From an uncultured Acidimicrobiaceae bacterium (lineage in GTDB: Bacteria > Actinomycetota > Acidimicrobiia > Acidimicrobiales > RAAP-2): 64,000 nucleotides of DNA. This document shows, piece by piece, positions 19,791 through 31,208 of the stretch. A program made the position numbers and the translations under genes. Within the stretch, counting starts at the first letter, position 1. Every line of letters begins with the position of its first letter. A model generated the notes under the pieces. That model was not told the origin of the DNA, made no database searches, and saw only the letters and a program-made list of their open reading frames with translations. Location of the stretch: the NCBI GenBank assembly GCA_963783245.1, contig CAWAMS010000008.1, positions 32,817 to 96,816 of the forward strand, given 5' to 3'.

Positions 19791-20991
19791 ATGACCACCA
19801 TCACGACACGGCACGAGATGTTGCTGCCGGACCCCGAGCCGCGTCCGGTGCACTACACGGTGATCTCCGTCGACGATCACCTCGTCGAGCCACCCGACAT
19901 GTTCGAGGGTCGCCTGCCGAGCCGCTTTGCGGACCTCGCCCCCAAGATCATCGAGAACGACCAGGGGCACCAGGTGTGGGAGTTCGACGGTGCGGTCTAC
20001 ACACAGGTCGGGATGAATGCGGTGGCCGGACGCCGCCCTGAAGATATCAAGGTGGAGCCGACGCGGTTCGAAGACATGCGGCGCGGCTGCTGGAATATCG
20101 ACGACCGCATCGCCGACATGGACATCAACGGGGTGTGGGCGTCGCTCAACTTCCCGTCGATGATCACCGGGTTCTGCGGCAAGGTCTTCTCGGCCGCTCA
20201 GTGATCCCGCGTTGGGGTTGGCCGTCACGAAAGCGTGGAACGACTGGCTCTACGAGGCGTGGTGGCAGCCGTATCCGGACCGCATCATCCCGTGCGGGAT
20301 CACCTTCCTGGCCGACCCCGAACTCGGTGCGGCCGAGATCCGACGCAACGCTGAACGCGGGTTCCGGTCGGTGACACTGCCCGAGCGGCCGCATCGCATC
20401 GATCTGCCGAGCCTCTTCTCCGGTTACTGGGACCCGATCGTCGCCGCGTGTGAGGAGACCGACACCGTGATCTCGCTCCACGTCGGGTCCTCGGGCATGG
20501 CCGACGTGGCCGACGACAGCCCGATGGTCCCGCTCGTCGCCACCCTCTTCGGTCAGATGTCGTTGTCGGCCTGCGCCGAGTGGCTGTGGTCCGGTCTGCC
20601 GTCGCGCTTCAGCAACATCAAGATCGCCATGAGCGAAGGTGGGATCGGCTGGGTGGCGATGCTGCTCGACCGTCTCGACAACATCGTCGATCGCTCGGGC
20701 TACGGTCGTGACTACGACGCCACGGGACTGCGCCCGGCCGAGGTTCTGGCGCGGAACTTCTGGTTCTGCACCATCGACGACCCGTCGACCATCGACACCC
20801 GCCACCGGATCGGCGTCGATCACATCATGGTCGAGGTCGACTACCCGCACGGTGACTCGACGTGGCCGGACACCCAGGAGATCATCAAGCGCTACTGGGG
20901 CCATCTCCCCGTGGAGGACCTGCGCAAGATGACGCACGAGAACGCGGCACAGCTGTTCCGCTGGCCCCTCCCGCCCGATGTGCTGCCTTGA
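19791..20991 (+). CDS. Amidohydrolase-2 family (ACMSD-like) metal-dependent hydrolase; one +1 frame break near 20196
   Basis: VISVDDHLVEPPDMFEGRLP...GVWASLNFPSMITGFCGKVFSAA continues in frame 1 as SDPALGLAVTKAWNDWLYE...VDYPHGDSTWPD. Span is 3n+1. Confidence 0.75.
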
Positions 20992-22310
20992 AGGCGACCA
21001 CCCCCACGGCCGACCGTCGGCTCTCCGCCGACCGGCGCCACCGATTCCTCGAAACGCTCCTTGCACCGATCCGAGCAGAAGGAGTAGCGATCTCCCCCGT
21101 GGACGAGCGATGCGGGTGCGTTGGCGATCGTCGACCTGCATGCCGCACACCGGGTCGAGCGCAGTCCCCTGCCCACCGCCGAGGCGTTCGCGGTTGCGGT
21201 ACGCCCAATAGAGAACGCCGAACACGACCAGGAACACAAGATTGAGATATGTCGTGTAGTTCCACGAGAAGCTGTCGGGTGCGATCTGGGTGGGGCGTGT
21301 GTGCGGAATGAGGCCGGCGGCGTGGAAGATCCCTTCGGTCACCAGCCCCGCGATGGACATGACGGCCCAGAGCAGCGCCAGCATCCGCACCATCAGACGG
21401 GTGCCGTAGTAGCGACGGTAGATGAGCAGGAGCGGGAACGTGATGAGGTCGGCGAAAATGAACGACACGACGCCGCCGAAGGAGATTCCGCCCTTCCACA
21501 GGGCGGCGGCCAAGGGCACATTGCCGATGGAGCACACGAAGCTGACAATGGCGATGAAGGGACCGACGATGACGTTCTCGACGCTCGTCCAGAATCCGTG
21601 GCCGTGCAGGAAAACGGCGTTCCACACCGACGTCGGCACGAGGATCGTCAGGAAGCCGGCGACGACGTAACCGATCACCAGCTCACGGCGCAGCATCGTG
21701 AGATCGGACATGGTGTAGGTGGCCGGCGTCGGCCCAACCACCCTTCGATCGCAACTTCTCGCGCCAGCGCTCACCTTGGAGAGCGGTGTTCTCCGGCGGG
21801 CCGGGACGTGGACGTGGTCGTGACCCGGACACTGCCTCGTCGTTCAGTCGGGTGCGGGCTTGCGCGATCGCCTTGCCCCTGAACCAGAGGCCGCCGAGCG
21901 TCGCGAGGAGGGCGATCATGATGACCCCGCCGACGAACTCGCTCGCGGCGAACTGCCATCCCATCAGAACGACGAGCACGATCCCCAACTCGATGACCAG
22001 GTTGGTCGAGGCCACCATGAAGACCAGCGACGCGACGAAGTCCGCTCCCTTGACGAAGAGCGACTTGGCCATGGCGGATGCCGCATACGAGCAGGACGAC
22101 GAGACGACGCCGTAACCCGACGCTCGCACGACGGCCCGCGGCTTGTGATCCCCCAACTTCCGCTGCATGGCCTCGTGGCTGACGAACGCCTGCACCGCCC
22201 CCGACGACCGCGAACCCGAGGATGAGCGGCCAGAGCGTCTCCCAGAACATGAAGAAGCCTTCGCGAAGGCTTCTTCCGATGGCATCGAGCCAACTGGCGT
22301 CGGCGAGCAT
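20892..22310 (-). CDS. Predicted permease (DUF318/ArsP-like, two-Cys-motif family) fused to a C-terminal YHS metal-binding domain; three +1 frame breaks (~22199, ~21722, ~21125)
   Basis: The sequence follows across frames in four pieces. (1) MLADASWLDAIGRSLREGFFMFWETLWPLILGFAVVG. (2) AVQAFVSHEAMQRKLG...VVSSSCSYAASAMAKSLF.... (3) ATYTMSDLTMLRRELVIGYVVAGF...VSFVCSIGNVPLAAALW.... (4) DPVCGMQVD / IANAPASLVHGGDRYSFCSDRCKERFEES. The span is 3n. The 3' end is uncertain because the ORF overlaps the convergent amidohydrolase by ~100 nt. Confidence 0.7.
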
Positions 22311-22350
22311 CACACCCGACAGACCTCCGCTGGCAGGTCGGGACGGTGGA

Positions 22351-22638
22351 TCACGAGTGCACCAGACGGGCGATGGCGGCGGATGCCTCGTCGAGCTTTG
22401 CCTTCGCCTCGTCGCCACCGCTCTTGACGGCATCGGCGACACAGTGCGCCATATGGTCGTTGAGCAGTTGCAGCGCCACTGACTGCAGGGCACGTGTCGC
22501 GGCCGAGACCTGTTCGAGCACGTCGATGCAATAGCGGTCCTCGTCCACCATGCGCTGCAGGCCCCTGACCTGCCCTTCGATGCGCCGTAATCGCTTTTGG
22601 ACTGCTTCTTTCTGGTCGACGTATCCCGGATCTGCCAT
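22351..22638 (-). CDS. csoR: CsoR/RcnR-family metal-sensing repressor (Cu-type Cys-His-Cys signature)
   Basis: ATG 22638 follows GGAGGGAG. KRLRRIEGQVRGLQRMVDEDRYCIDVLEQVSAATRALQSVALQLLNDHMAHCV; the C...H...C ligands are present. Confidence 0.85.
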   Translation of the reverse strand: MADPGYVDQKEAVQKRLRRIEGQVRGLQRMVDEDRYCIDVLEQVSAATRALQSVALQLLNDHMAHCVADAVKSGGDEAKAKLDEASAAIARLVHS

Positions 22639-22711
22639 CTGCGCTCCCTCCACTCCCAGGGCCCGGTCCCTGGTCCCTGGTCCCGGGTCGCTGGTCGGTT
22701 GTCCGTGTCGT

Positions 22712-22728
22712 ATACCCCCTACGGGTAT
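22712..22728. promoter_or_regulatory. Candidate CsoR operator (ATACCC-N5-GGGTAT pseudo-palindrome) ~75 bp upstream of csoR
   Basis: Read directly: tATACCCcctacGGGTATt. On the csoR strand it reads TACCCGTAGGGGGTA, the same architecture as the TACCC...GGGGGTA operators described for CsoR regulators. A local AT-rich patch (gtattgagtatat) lies next to it. Confidence 0.6.
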
Positions 22729-22869
22729 TGAGTATATGCCGGGGACCGGTGCATGCGGGCCGCTGTCAGACCTCAAGAGAGACCGTCTCCCTCACCGGAA
22801 TTCATCCCTACTCCAAGGAGGATCAAGTCTTGTGTGATCATCCCTGTTCGGAGTAGTGTCCCTGGTGAG

Positions 22870-23337
<468 letters not shown>

Positions 23338-23388
23338 GGCGGTGGGTGGATCGATCATGATGCCAGGCGGCTCGGGACGGGCAGTCGC

Positions 23389-25232
23389 ATGAGCCTCTCT
23401 CTTCGTAGCTCCGCCACCTCACCCCGGGCACGGATGGCGCGACCGGGCATCGACGCACCGCATCCCCGAGAACTACAAGTGGACGGCCTTGTTCATCTCC
23501 ACTCTCGGCATGCTGATGGCGACGATCGACGGGTCCATCGTCCTCATCGCACTGCCCGACTATCTTCCGCGGCATTGGCATAGACCCCCTGGAGCCCGGC
23601 AACAGCTTCTATCTGTTGTGGATGATTCTGGGATTCCTCGTCGTGACGAGCGTGCTGGTGACCACGCTGGGTCGCCTGGGCGACATTTACGGTCGCGTCC
23701 GTACCTACAACCTGGGCTTCGCCGTCTACACGTTCTTCTCGCTGCTCCTCACCATCACGTGGATGACCGGTCACATCGCAGGAATTTGGCTGATCGTCAT
23801 GCGGATCTTCCAGGCCGTCGGCGCCGCCATGTTGATGGCGAACTCCTCGGCCATCCTGACCGATGCGTTCCCCGCCGAACAGCGGGGCATGGCCATGGGT
23901 ATCAACTCGGCCGCTGCGTTCAGCGGGGTGTTCATCGGACTGGTGCTGGGCGGCCTTCTGGCCCCCATCAACTGGCGGCTCATCTTCTTGGTGTCGGTGC
24001 CGATCGGGCTCTTCGCCACCATCTACGGGTACATGAACCTGCGCGAGCTCAGCCCACGGCGACCGGCCAAGATCGACTGGCCGGGGAATATCACCTTTGC
24101 CCTGGGGCTGATTCTCGTGATGATCGGTATCACCTACGGCATCGAGCCATACCGGCAGCACACGATGGGGTGGACGAATCCGCGCGTCATGGGATCGCTC
24201 ATTTTGGGCGTCCTCTTCCTGATTGCCTTCGGCTTCATCGAGACCAGGGTCAAACAGCCGATGTTCCGACTGCAGCTGTTCAAGATCCGCGCGTTCACAG
24301 CGGGAATCCTGGCCAGCTTCCTGGCCGCCATGGCCCGGGGCGGCCTCATGTTCATGCTCATCATCTGGCTGCAAGGGATCTGGTTGCCCCTCCATGGCTA
24401 CGACTTCGCCCAGACGCCCTTGTGGGCCGGCCTGGCCATGCTCCCGCTCACCGCCGGCTTCCTCATCGCCGGACCCGTCTCGGGCTACCTTTCAGACCGC
24501 TACGGTGCGCGACCATTCGCCACAGGCGGGATGATCGGCGCCGCCTTCAGCTTCGCTCTCCTCGAGTTGTTGCCGATCGATTTCCCGTACTGGGTCTTTG
24601 GGGCCGTCCTGCTGATCACCGGTCTGACCATGTCCATGTTCGGTTCTCCGAACCGGGCGGCGATCATGAGCAGCCTGCCTCCCGAGCACCGCGGTGCCGG
24701 CTCGGGAATGGCCACGACGGCCATGAACACGGCGCAGGTCCTCTCGATCGGGATCTTCTTCACCCTGCTCATCGCGGGTCTGTCCACGGCGCTTCCGGCA
24801 AGCCTGTACCACGGCCTCGTGGCGCACGGGGTGTCGCACAGCGACGCGACCCGCATCTCCCACCTCCCACCTGTCTCCACGCTTTTTGCGGCCTTCTTGG
24901 GATACAACCCGGTGCAGCATCTGGTCGGCCCGCAGGTCCTGACCCATCTCACGGCGGCGCAACAGGCCACGCTCACCGGTCGCAGCTTCTTCCCCAGCCT
25001 TATCGCGGTGCCGTTCCGTGATGGGCTGCACACCGCCCTCGACTTTTCCATTGTGATGAGCCTTCTCGCTGCGGCCGCCTCGTGGACACGCGGAACCAGC
25101 TATGTCTACTCAGACGTGCACGCAGTCGACGAAGGGTTCGACCCCGACCTGCCGTTCCTCGAGGAGGACGAAGAGGACGGGGACACCATTGATGCCGCAC
25201 CCTCACTCGCCGCCAAAGGAGTATCCCGATGA
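23389..25232 (+). CDS. MFS transporter, DHA2 (EmrB/QacA-like, 14-TMS) type; two +1 frame breaks (~23460 and 23561)
   Basis: The N-terminus starts in frame 1 (MSLSLRSS...MARPGIDAP). It continues in frame 2 (ENYKWTALFISTLGMLMATIDGSIVLIALPD), then frame 3 (IFRGIGIDPLEPGNSFYLLWMILGFLVV...). Many TM segments; motif LGRLGDIYGR. Span is 3n+2. The start could instead be ATG 23434. Confidence 0.8.
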
Positions 25233-25960
25233 CAACAAAGTCCAACATCACCATTGACACCGTCGACGGGCCGATGCCCGCATTCGAGGCCTTGCCCGAC
25301 GCCGAAGCTAAGGGTGGCATCGTCGTCGTCCAAGAAGCATTCGGCGTCACGACCCACATCGAGGACATCTGCACCCGCCTGGCTGATGCCGGATGGCGTG
25401 CTGTCGCACCGGCATTCTTTCACCGTCAGGGCTCCCCCGTCCTGGCCTACGACGATTTGAGTGCCGTCATGCCGGTGATGATGGAGCTCACGCCCGGTGG
25501 CATCACCACTGACCTCCTCGCCTCGTTTGCCTATCTCAACGAGGTCGGATTTACGGCGGCGCAGACGGGTATCGTCGGATTCTGCATGGGCGGCAGTGTC
25601 ACGTTCTATGCCGCGACGCTGCGCCCACTGGGCGCCGCCGTGACCTTCTACGGGGGCGGCGTGGCCGAAGGGCGATTCGGACTGCCCTCGCTCATTGAGC
25701 AGGCTCCGCAGCTCCAGACACCGTGGCTCGGCTTGTACGGCGACCTCGATCAGGGCATCCCATCTGACGATGTCGACCAACTCCGCAAGGTCGCCGCCGC
25801 GACGCAGGTGCCAACGGAGGTCGTCCAATATCCGGAGGCCGACCATGGGTTCAACTGCAACGACCGCCCTGCGGTGTTCAATCCGACGGCCGCCGCAGCA
25901 GCCTGGGACCGTGCGCTCGATTGGTTCGAACGACACGTCGGAAGGTCCGGCGAGGGCTGA
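25229..25960 (+). CDS. Dienelactone hydrolase-family protein
   Basis: Intact ORF; its ATG overlaps the MFS stop (ATGA). Motifs: GIVVVQEAFGV, GIVGFCMGG (nucleophile elbow), YPEADHGF. Confidence 0.8.
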   Translation: MTTKSNITIDTVDGPMPAFEALPDAEAKGGIVVVQEAFGVTTHIEDICTRLADAGWRAVAPAFFHRQGSPVLAYDDLSAVMPVMMELTPGGITTDLLASFAYLNEVGFTAAQTGIVGFCMGGSVTFYAATLRPLGAAVTFYGGGVAEGRFGLPSLIEQAPQLQTPWLGLYGDLDQGIPSDDVDQLRKVAAATQVPTEVVQYPEADHGFNCNDRPAVFNPTAAAAAWDRALDWFERHVGRSGEG

Positions 25961-26117
25961 ACGCCCGCCGCGCCGCGGCACGATGTGGCATGGGGCTCCG
26001 GAACGATCGGCAACCGTCCTGCCATCGACCTGCCACCGTCCTGGGGCCCGGCGCCTGTACCTCCCACCCCTCAGCCGGTATCCTGACCAGGTCACACTCA
26101 GACCGGGAGGTCACGAA

Positions 26118-26669
26118 ATGCAAAATCGGCGGCTTTTGCAGACATGCAGCGTGGCGGTCCTGGGCTTCGGTCTGGCCTGCGCCCCCATGACCCTGGCGTC
26201 GGCCAAGAGTCAACCCAAGAAACACCACAAAGCACCGAAGCACCACGCCTCGAAGAAGGCCGCCTTCACCACGGGCAGCGCGACCTGTAAGAACTACCTC
26301 AACACGGAGAGCGGCTCGAGCGGCTTGGGCACCGCCCTGGAAAAGGCCATGGCGAACGAAGGAAGCGGCTTCGCCGGCGTGAAGCAGGCCTTCATCACCT
26401 ACTTCAACACCATTCAGAAGTACGAAGCACCGTTTGAGTCCGAACTGAGCTCGGCACCCGCGAATGTGCAAGCTGCGGGCAAGGGGATCTTTGCCTTCTT
26501 CAACACCCTCAAGACGGATGTGGCGAACTCGACGAGCCTGGAGCAGCTCGGCACGTCGATGGAGTCCCTGGGGAACAACAGCGCCTTGAAATCCGACGCC
26601 CAAACTCTCGCCACCTACTTCGGATCCATCTGCGGGTCCGTGACGACGACGACGGCCTCAGTCCCCTAA
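26118..26669 (+). CDS. Secreted hypothetical protein (signal peptide, Lys/His-rich N-terminal tract)
   Basis: RBS GGGAGG precedes ATG 26118. MQNRRLLQTCSVAVLGFGLACAPMTLASA|KSQPKKHHKAPKHH. Visibly lower GC than its neighbours. No recognisable family. Confidence 0.6.
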   Translation: MQNRRLLQTCSVAVLGFGLACAPMTLASAKSQPKKHHKAPKHHASKKAAFTTGSATCKNYLNTESGSSGLGTALEKAMANEGSGFAGVKQAFITYFNTIQKYEAPFESELSSAPANVQAAGKGIFAFFNTLKTDVANSTSLEQLGTSMESLGNNSALKSDAQTLATYFGSICGSVTTTTASVP

Positions 26670-29600
26670 GGCGCTGCGCATGCCGGACGCGGACGCGGAC
26701 GCGGACGCCGGGCGCTGACCCGCCTGCTCGAAGGCGTCCCACATCGACGCGTAGCGTCCCCCGAGCGTACGCAGCTCCTCGTGCGATCCGACCTCGGAGA
26801 TCCGTCCCTCGTGGAGAACGACGATACGGTTGGCCGATCTGGCGGTCTGCAGGCGGTGGGCGATGATGATGGTGGTGCGATTCCGGGATACCCGTTGCAT
26901 CGCTTCGGCCACCCGAGCCTCGGTGGCGAGGTCGAGGTTCGAGGTGGCTTCATCGAGGAGGAGGACCACCGGGTCCACCAACTCGGCACGTGCCAGGGCG
27001 ATGAGCTGGCGCTGACCAGCCGAGAGCGACCGTCCACGCTCGAGCAATGCATGGTGGTAGCCGCCCGGTAGCCCGACGATGAATTGGTGGGCGCCCACAG
27101 CCCGGGCGGCGGCCTCCACTTCGTCGTTGCCCGCGTCGGGACGACCGTAGGCGATGTTGTCACGGATGCTGCCGGTGAAGAGGAAGGCCTCTTGGGGGAC
27201 GTACCCGAGCTGGCGCCGGTACCCGAGGAGATCGATGGTGCGCAGATCGAGCCCGTCGACCCGTACAGCACCCTGATCGGGATCGTAGAACCGGGCCACC
27301 ATCTTCATGACTGTCGATTTCCCCGCGCCGGTCTGCCCCACCAATGCCACCGTCTCACCGGCTTCGATGTGCAGGTCGATGCCGCGCAACGCCTCGGGTG
27401 GCTTGTAGTGGCCGGCGTCGGCCGCCCGCAGGATTCTCGGGTCCTTCGGACCTCTCCGCTCGGCGGAGGATGCCCGACCGGTACCGGGCCGGGCCGGCAC
27501 TGACGGATAGGCGAATCGAAGGTTCTCGAGGGTGATCTCACCGCGCAGTCGCCCGGGCGCTATCGGATTCACTGCGTCCGGGGTGAGCGGCTCCAACTCC
27601 ATCAGCTCGGTGATGCGGCCGACGGAGACGCGGGTCTGCTGCCACGAGTCAAAGACCTGGGAGAGCTGTTGGATGGGTGAGAAGAATAGGTCGATGTAGA
27701 GGATGAACGCGATCAGAGCGCCGGAGGAGAGATGACCCGACGCGATGAGTCCGGCGCCTACCCCGAGCACGATGGCGTCGGCGATGCCCGAAAGGAACTG
27801 GACGAACGGGAAGTAGATGGCCACGAGCCGCTGGGCGGCAATGCGCGAGTCGAGGTAGTCGCGTCCCAGTCCGTGAAACCGCTGCATCGTTTCGGCCCGG
27901 TGCACGAAGGCTTGTGCGACGCGCACGCCCGAAAGGCTCTCCTGGAAGTCGGCGTTGACGATCGCGATGCGCTCCCGCGAGAGGTCGTAGAGCCGTGCCG
28001 CCTTGCGGCGGAAGATCACCGTGGCCACTGCCAGCGGAACGACAACAGTGAGCGTGCATAACCCGAGCTCGAGATTGATCACGACCAGGGCGCATCCGAC
28101 CCCGACGAAGGTGACGAGCGCCACGAGCGCGGAGAGCAGTCCGTTCTCTATGAGCGATTCGAACTGATCCACGTCGGTCGTCATCCGCGTCATGATGCGC
28201 CCCGCCATCTCGCGTTCGTAGTAGTCCAGTGAGAGGCGTTGCAGCTGGGCCCAGATGCGAATGCGGAGCGAGAGCATGATCCGCTCTGCCGCCCGACCGG
28301 TCACGAATGTCTCACCGATCTGGTCGATGAGGTCGACGAGAACGACCACGAGGAAGATGCCCGACGCCACAAAGAGCACGTCTGCCGATCCCTTGGCGAC
28401 GCCGTTGTCGATCCCGGTCTTGATCAGGATCGGACCCAAGAGGGTGGCCAGCGCATCGATGACAACGAGCACGAGACCGAGAAGGAGGGGCCGACGGAAT
28501 GCACTGAGGAGCCGAGACAACCTGAAGTTCCTCTCATGACGCGATTCCGTCTCCAGGTCAACCTGGGCGCTATCGCGCACAGGCGGGAGTGCCGCGACGC
28601 GCGCCAGAAGCTCAGGCGTCGGGGGGAGGTTGAGTCGCCACGAGCCACCGCTGCTGCGGCCGAGGCCGGCACCGAGGCTCGGAGCGCCGACCGTTCGCGT
28701 CGCAGTCGGGGTCTCCGCCGTATCCGGGGCCAGCGGTTTCCAGGCCGAAGAGGTCGTCCCGTCGCTACCGTTCCGGGCACCGATCGCAGCGCCCTCTCCC
28801 GACGACGACCCGAGCGCGGCCAGCAGCTCGATCCTGTCCCCGACGTCCTGCGCCAGATCCTCTTCGATACCCGAGAGCAAGGTTCTGTAGACCGCGCTGC
28901 GGACGACGAGCTCGTCGTGCGTGCCCTCGTCCACGACACGACCATGGACCAGGACCACGATCCGATCGGCCAAATGCAGGGTGGACTGCCGATTCGCGAT
29001 GAGAAGGGTGGTCCGCTCAGCCATCACGGCGCGAAGACCCTCGTGAATCGCCTCCTCGACTTTCGAGTCGATCGCGCTCGTGGCATCGTCGAGGATGAGG
29101 ATGCGGGGGTCGGCCACAATGGCTCGGGCCAACGCAATGCGTTGCCGCTGGCCACCCGAAAGGGTGAGGCCACGTTCCCCGACGACCGTGTCGTAGCCAC
29201 GGGGAAGCTCGAGGATGAACTCGTGGGCCTGCGCCACACGCGCCGCATCTTCAATCTCTTCGTCTGACGCGTCCGGACGTCCGTAGGCGATGTTGGAGCG
29301 CACGGTGTCGGAGAACAAGAAGCTGTCATCGAAGACGACGCCGATCTGATGGCGCAGCGAATCCAGCGTTACCCTTCGGACATCGTGCCCGTCGACGAGG
29401 ACAGATCCCCGGTCCGGTTCGTAGAACCGTGACACCAACATGGCCACGGTCGACTTCCCACTCCCACTGGGGCCGACGATGGCCACCCGCTCCCCCGCCC
29501 GTATCTTGCAAATCCAAGCCCTGCAGCACAGGCGCGCCACCGCCGTAGGCAAAGTGCACGTCGGAGAAGACGATGTCACCCTTCAACGTCGGCAGCTCCG

Positions 29601-30606
29601 CGGCATCGGGCTCATCGACGATGGCCGGCTTGAGGTCCAACAATTGAAAGATCCGTTCGATGCCGGCCCGGGCTTGTTGCCCCACCGTCAGGACGCCGGC
29701 GAGCTGGCGGGCAGGAGCGACGAGCTGGACGATGTAGGTGGAGAAGGCGAGGAACGTACCAAGCGTGATCTCGTGCTGCAGGGCCAGCCAGCCCCCGAAG
29801 GCCAGGATCGCAACCTGGCCGATGGTGGGTATCGCTTCGAGGATCGGCTGGTAGCGCGATTGCAGGCGAACGGCCCGCATCTGCGAGCCGTACAGGGTCT
29901 GCGAGGCGTCGGCGACCCGCTCGAGTTCTCGCTGTTCCTGGCCGAACGCTTTGACGACGCGCACGCCATTGACGTCTTCGTCCACGATCTGGATGACATC
30001 GCCCTCTCGCTGTTGACCGTCCCACGTGGCGGGAAAGACCTGCCGTCGCATCCGGTACGAGACGATGAGCAATGTCGGAGCGATGATCACGCTGACGACC
30101 GAGAGCAAGGGCGACAGGTAGATCATGACGCCGAGCGAGAACAGCATCAGGAGTATGTTGCCGCTCATGATGGGGAAGAAACTGAGGAGACCCTGCACGA
30201 GCGCCGAATCCGAATTGGCCCGGGCGACCACTTGACCCGTGGGCATGCGGTCGAGGTTGTCGAAGTCCATCACCTGAAGGTGGTCGTGCATGGCGTTTCG
30301 CAGGTCGTACTGCACGCTGAGCGCCACGCGCCCGCCGCGATAGCGGCGCACATAGAGGAAACCGAACGAAGCGAGGGCGAGCGCAACGAGGAGCACGAGC
30401 CACGGCCACAACGACGACGTGCGGGCAACCACCACCCCGTCGATGATCTGACGCTCAACGAGCGGGATCGTGGTCTGGCAGACGCTTCCGAGCAATGCCG
30501 CGGAGACGGCTAGCGTCACGTCCCGGCGATGGCGCATCATGTATCCCCACAGGCGCCGCACCCAACCTCGATTCGTCGCCGTCGCGGCAGGGGCGTCTGA
30601 GGGCAC
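26658..30606 (-). CDS. ABC exporter, apparently a single fused TMD-NBD-TMD-NBD polypeptide (~1315 aa); one +1 frame break at ~29505
   Basis: GTG 30606 follows GGAGAGGGA (RRLWGYMMRHRRDV...). TMD1 runs in the frame of ORF 29326..30672 up to VLQGLDLQ. It then continues as IRAGERVAIVGPSGSGKST, LSGGQRQR, ILILDDATS. No stop codon occurs across a ~110-aa low-complexity linker. It continues into TPELLARVAALPPVRD, TMD2, GQTGAGKST, LSAGQRQL, LLLDEATS. Confidence 0.8.
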
Positions 30607-31105
30607 TACGTCCCTCTCCGCTCTGCCGCCTGCGCAGCCGCTCGCGAACGTGCATGTCGTCAATGGCGGCACCGAGCCAGACGAGCGACTCCATCAGCTG
30701 GTCGCCGTCGGGCGTCCGCGCACTCAGATCCTCGATGCGACGGATCATTTCGGCCTCGACGCGAGAAAGAAGCGCGACGCCCTCGCGGGTCAGGTGCAGT
30801 GCGGCCACGCGGTGATCTCCGTCGACTCCCGTCCGGACCAGCAGTCCCCGTTCGGCCAGGGCGTCGACGGCGGCGCTCACCGTAGGTTTGCCCACGGCGA
30901 GTCGACGCGCGACGCGCGACGCGCGCTCGTCCCCCGAGGCGACCGCCGAGAGAACCCTGTAGTGGGCCAGGCTGAGCTCCCCCGACGCCCGTTCGAGGAC
31001 ACGGGTGGCCCGGGCCAATGCCCGCACGGCCTCGACCTCCCTCGGGGCGTGGCCCGAGAGGGGGTTCCTCGTCCGCGTTGCCCGCTTTTGCGCGTCACCC
31101 GTCAC
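30455..31105 (-). CDS. MarR-family transcriptional regulator upstream of the ABC exporter (both ends uncertain)
   Basis: wHTH region: LSLAHYRVLSAVASGDERASRVARRLAVGKPTVSAAVDALAERGLLVRTGVDGDHRVAALHLTREG. The as-sequenced ORF spans 30455..31177. Its last ~50 codons overlap the ABC gene out of frame and are probably spurious. The alternative start GTG 31105 leaves the 31126-31140 palindrome upstream. Confidence 0.7.
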   Translation of the reverse strand: MTGDAQKRATRTRNPLSGHAPREVEAVRALARATRVLERASGELSLAHYRVLSAVASGDERASRVARRLAVGKPTVSAAVDALAERGLLVRTGVDGDHRVAALHLTREGVALLSRVEAEMIRRIEDLSARTPDGDQLMESLVWLGAAIDDMHVRERLRRRQSGEGRSALRRPCRDGDESRLGAAPVGIHDAPSPGRDASRLRGIARKRLPDHDPAR

Positions 31106-31125
31106 CGCTCCAGGATACCTGGATA

Positions 31126-31140
31126 GTTCGTTTATCGAAC
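31126..31140. promoter_or_regulatory. Perfect 5-5-5 palindrome GTTCGtttatCGAAC in an AT-richer patch upstream of the MarR gene (candidate MarR operator)
   Basis: Read directly. It lies in the divergent region between the MarR gene (-) and the LapA-like gene (+). Confidence 0.4.
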
Positions 31141-31208
31141 CATTCGCCGCTGTCCCCGGGGTCGCTGGCGCGTACACCGTTACAACAAGGGTTCATTTGG
31201 GTAAGGCA

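Noticed and set aside
20164-21774. 536-aa minus-strand ORF
   Set aside because: Only residues encoded by about 21125-21720 belong to the permease. The remainder (20164-21100) is antisense to the amidohydrolase gene and is compositionally nonsense.
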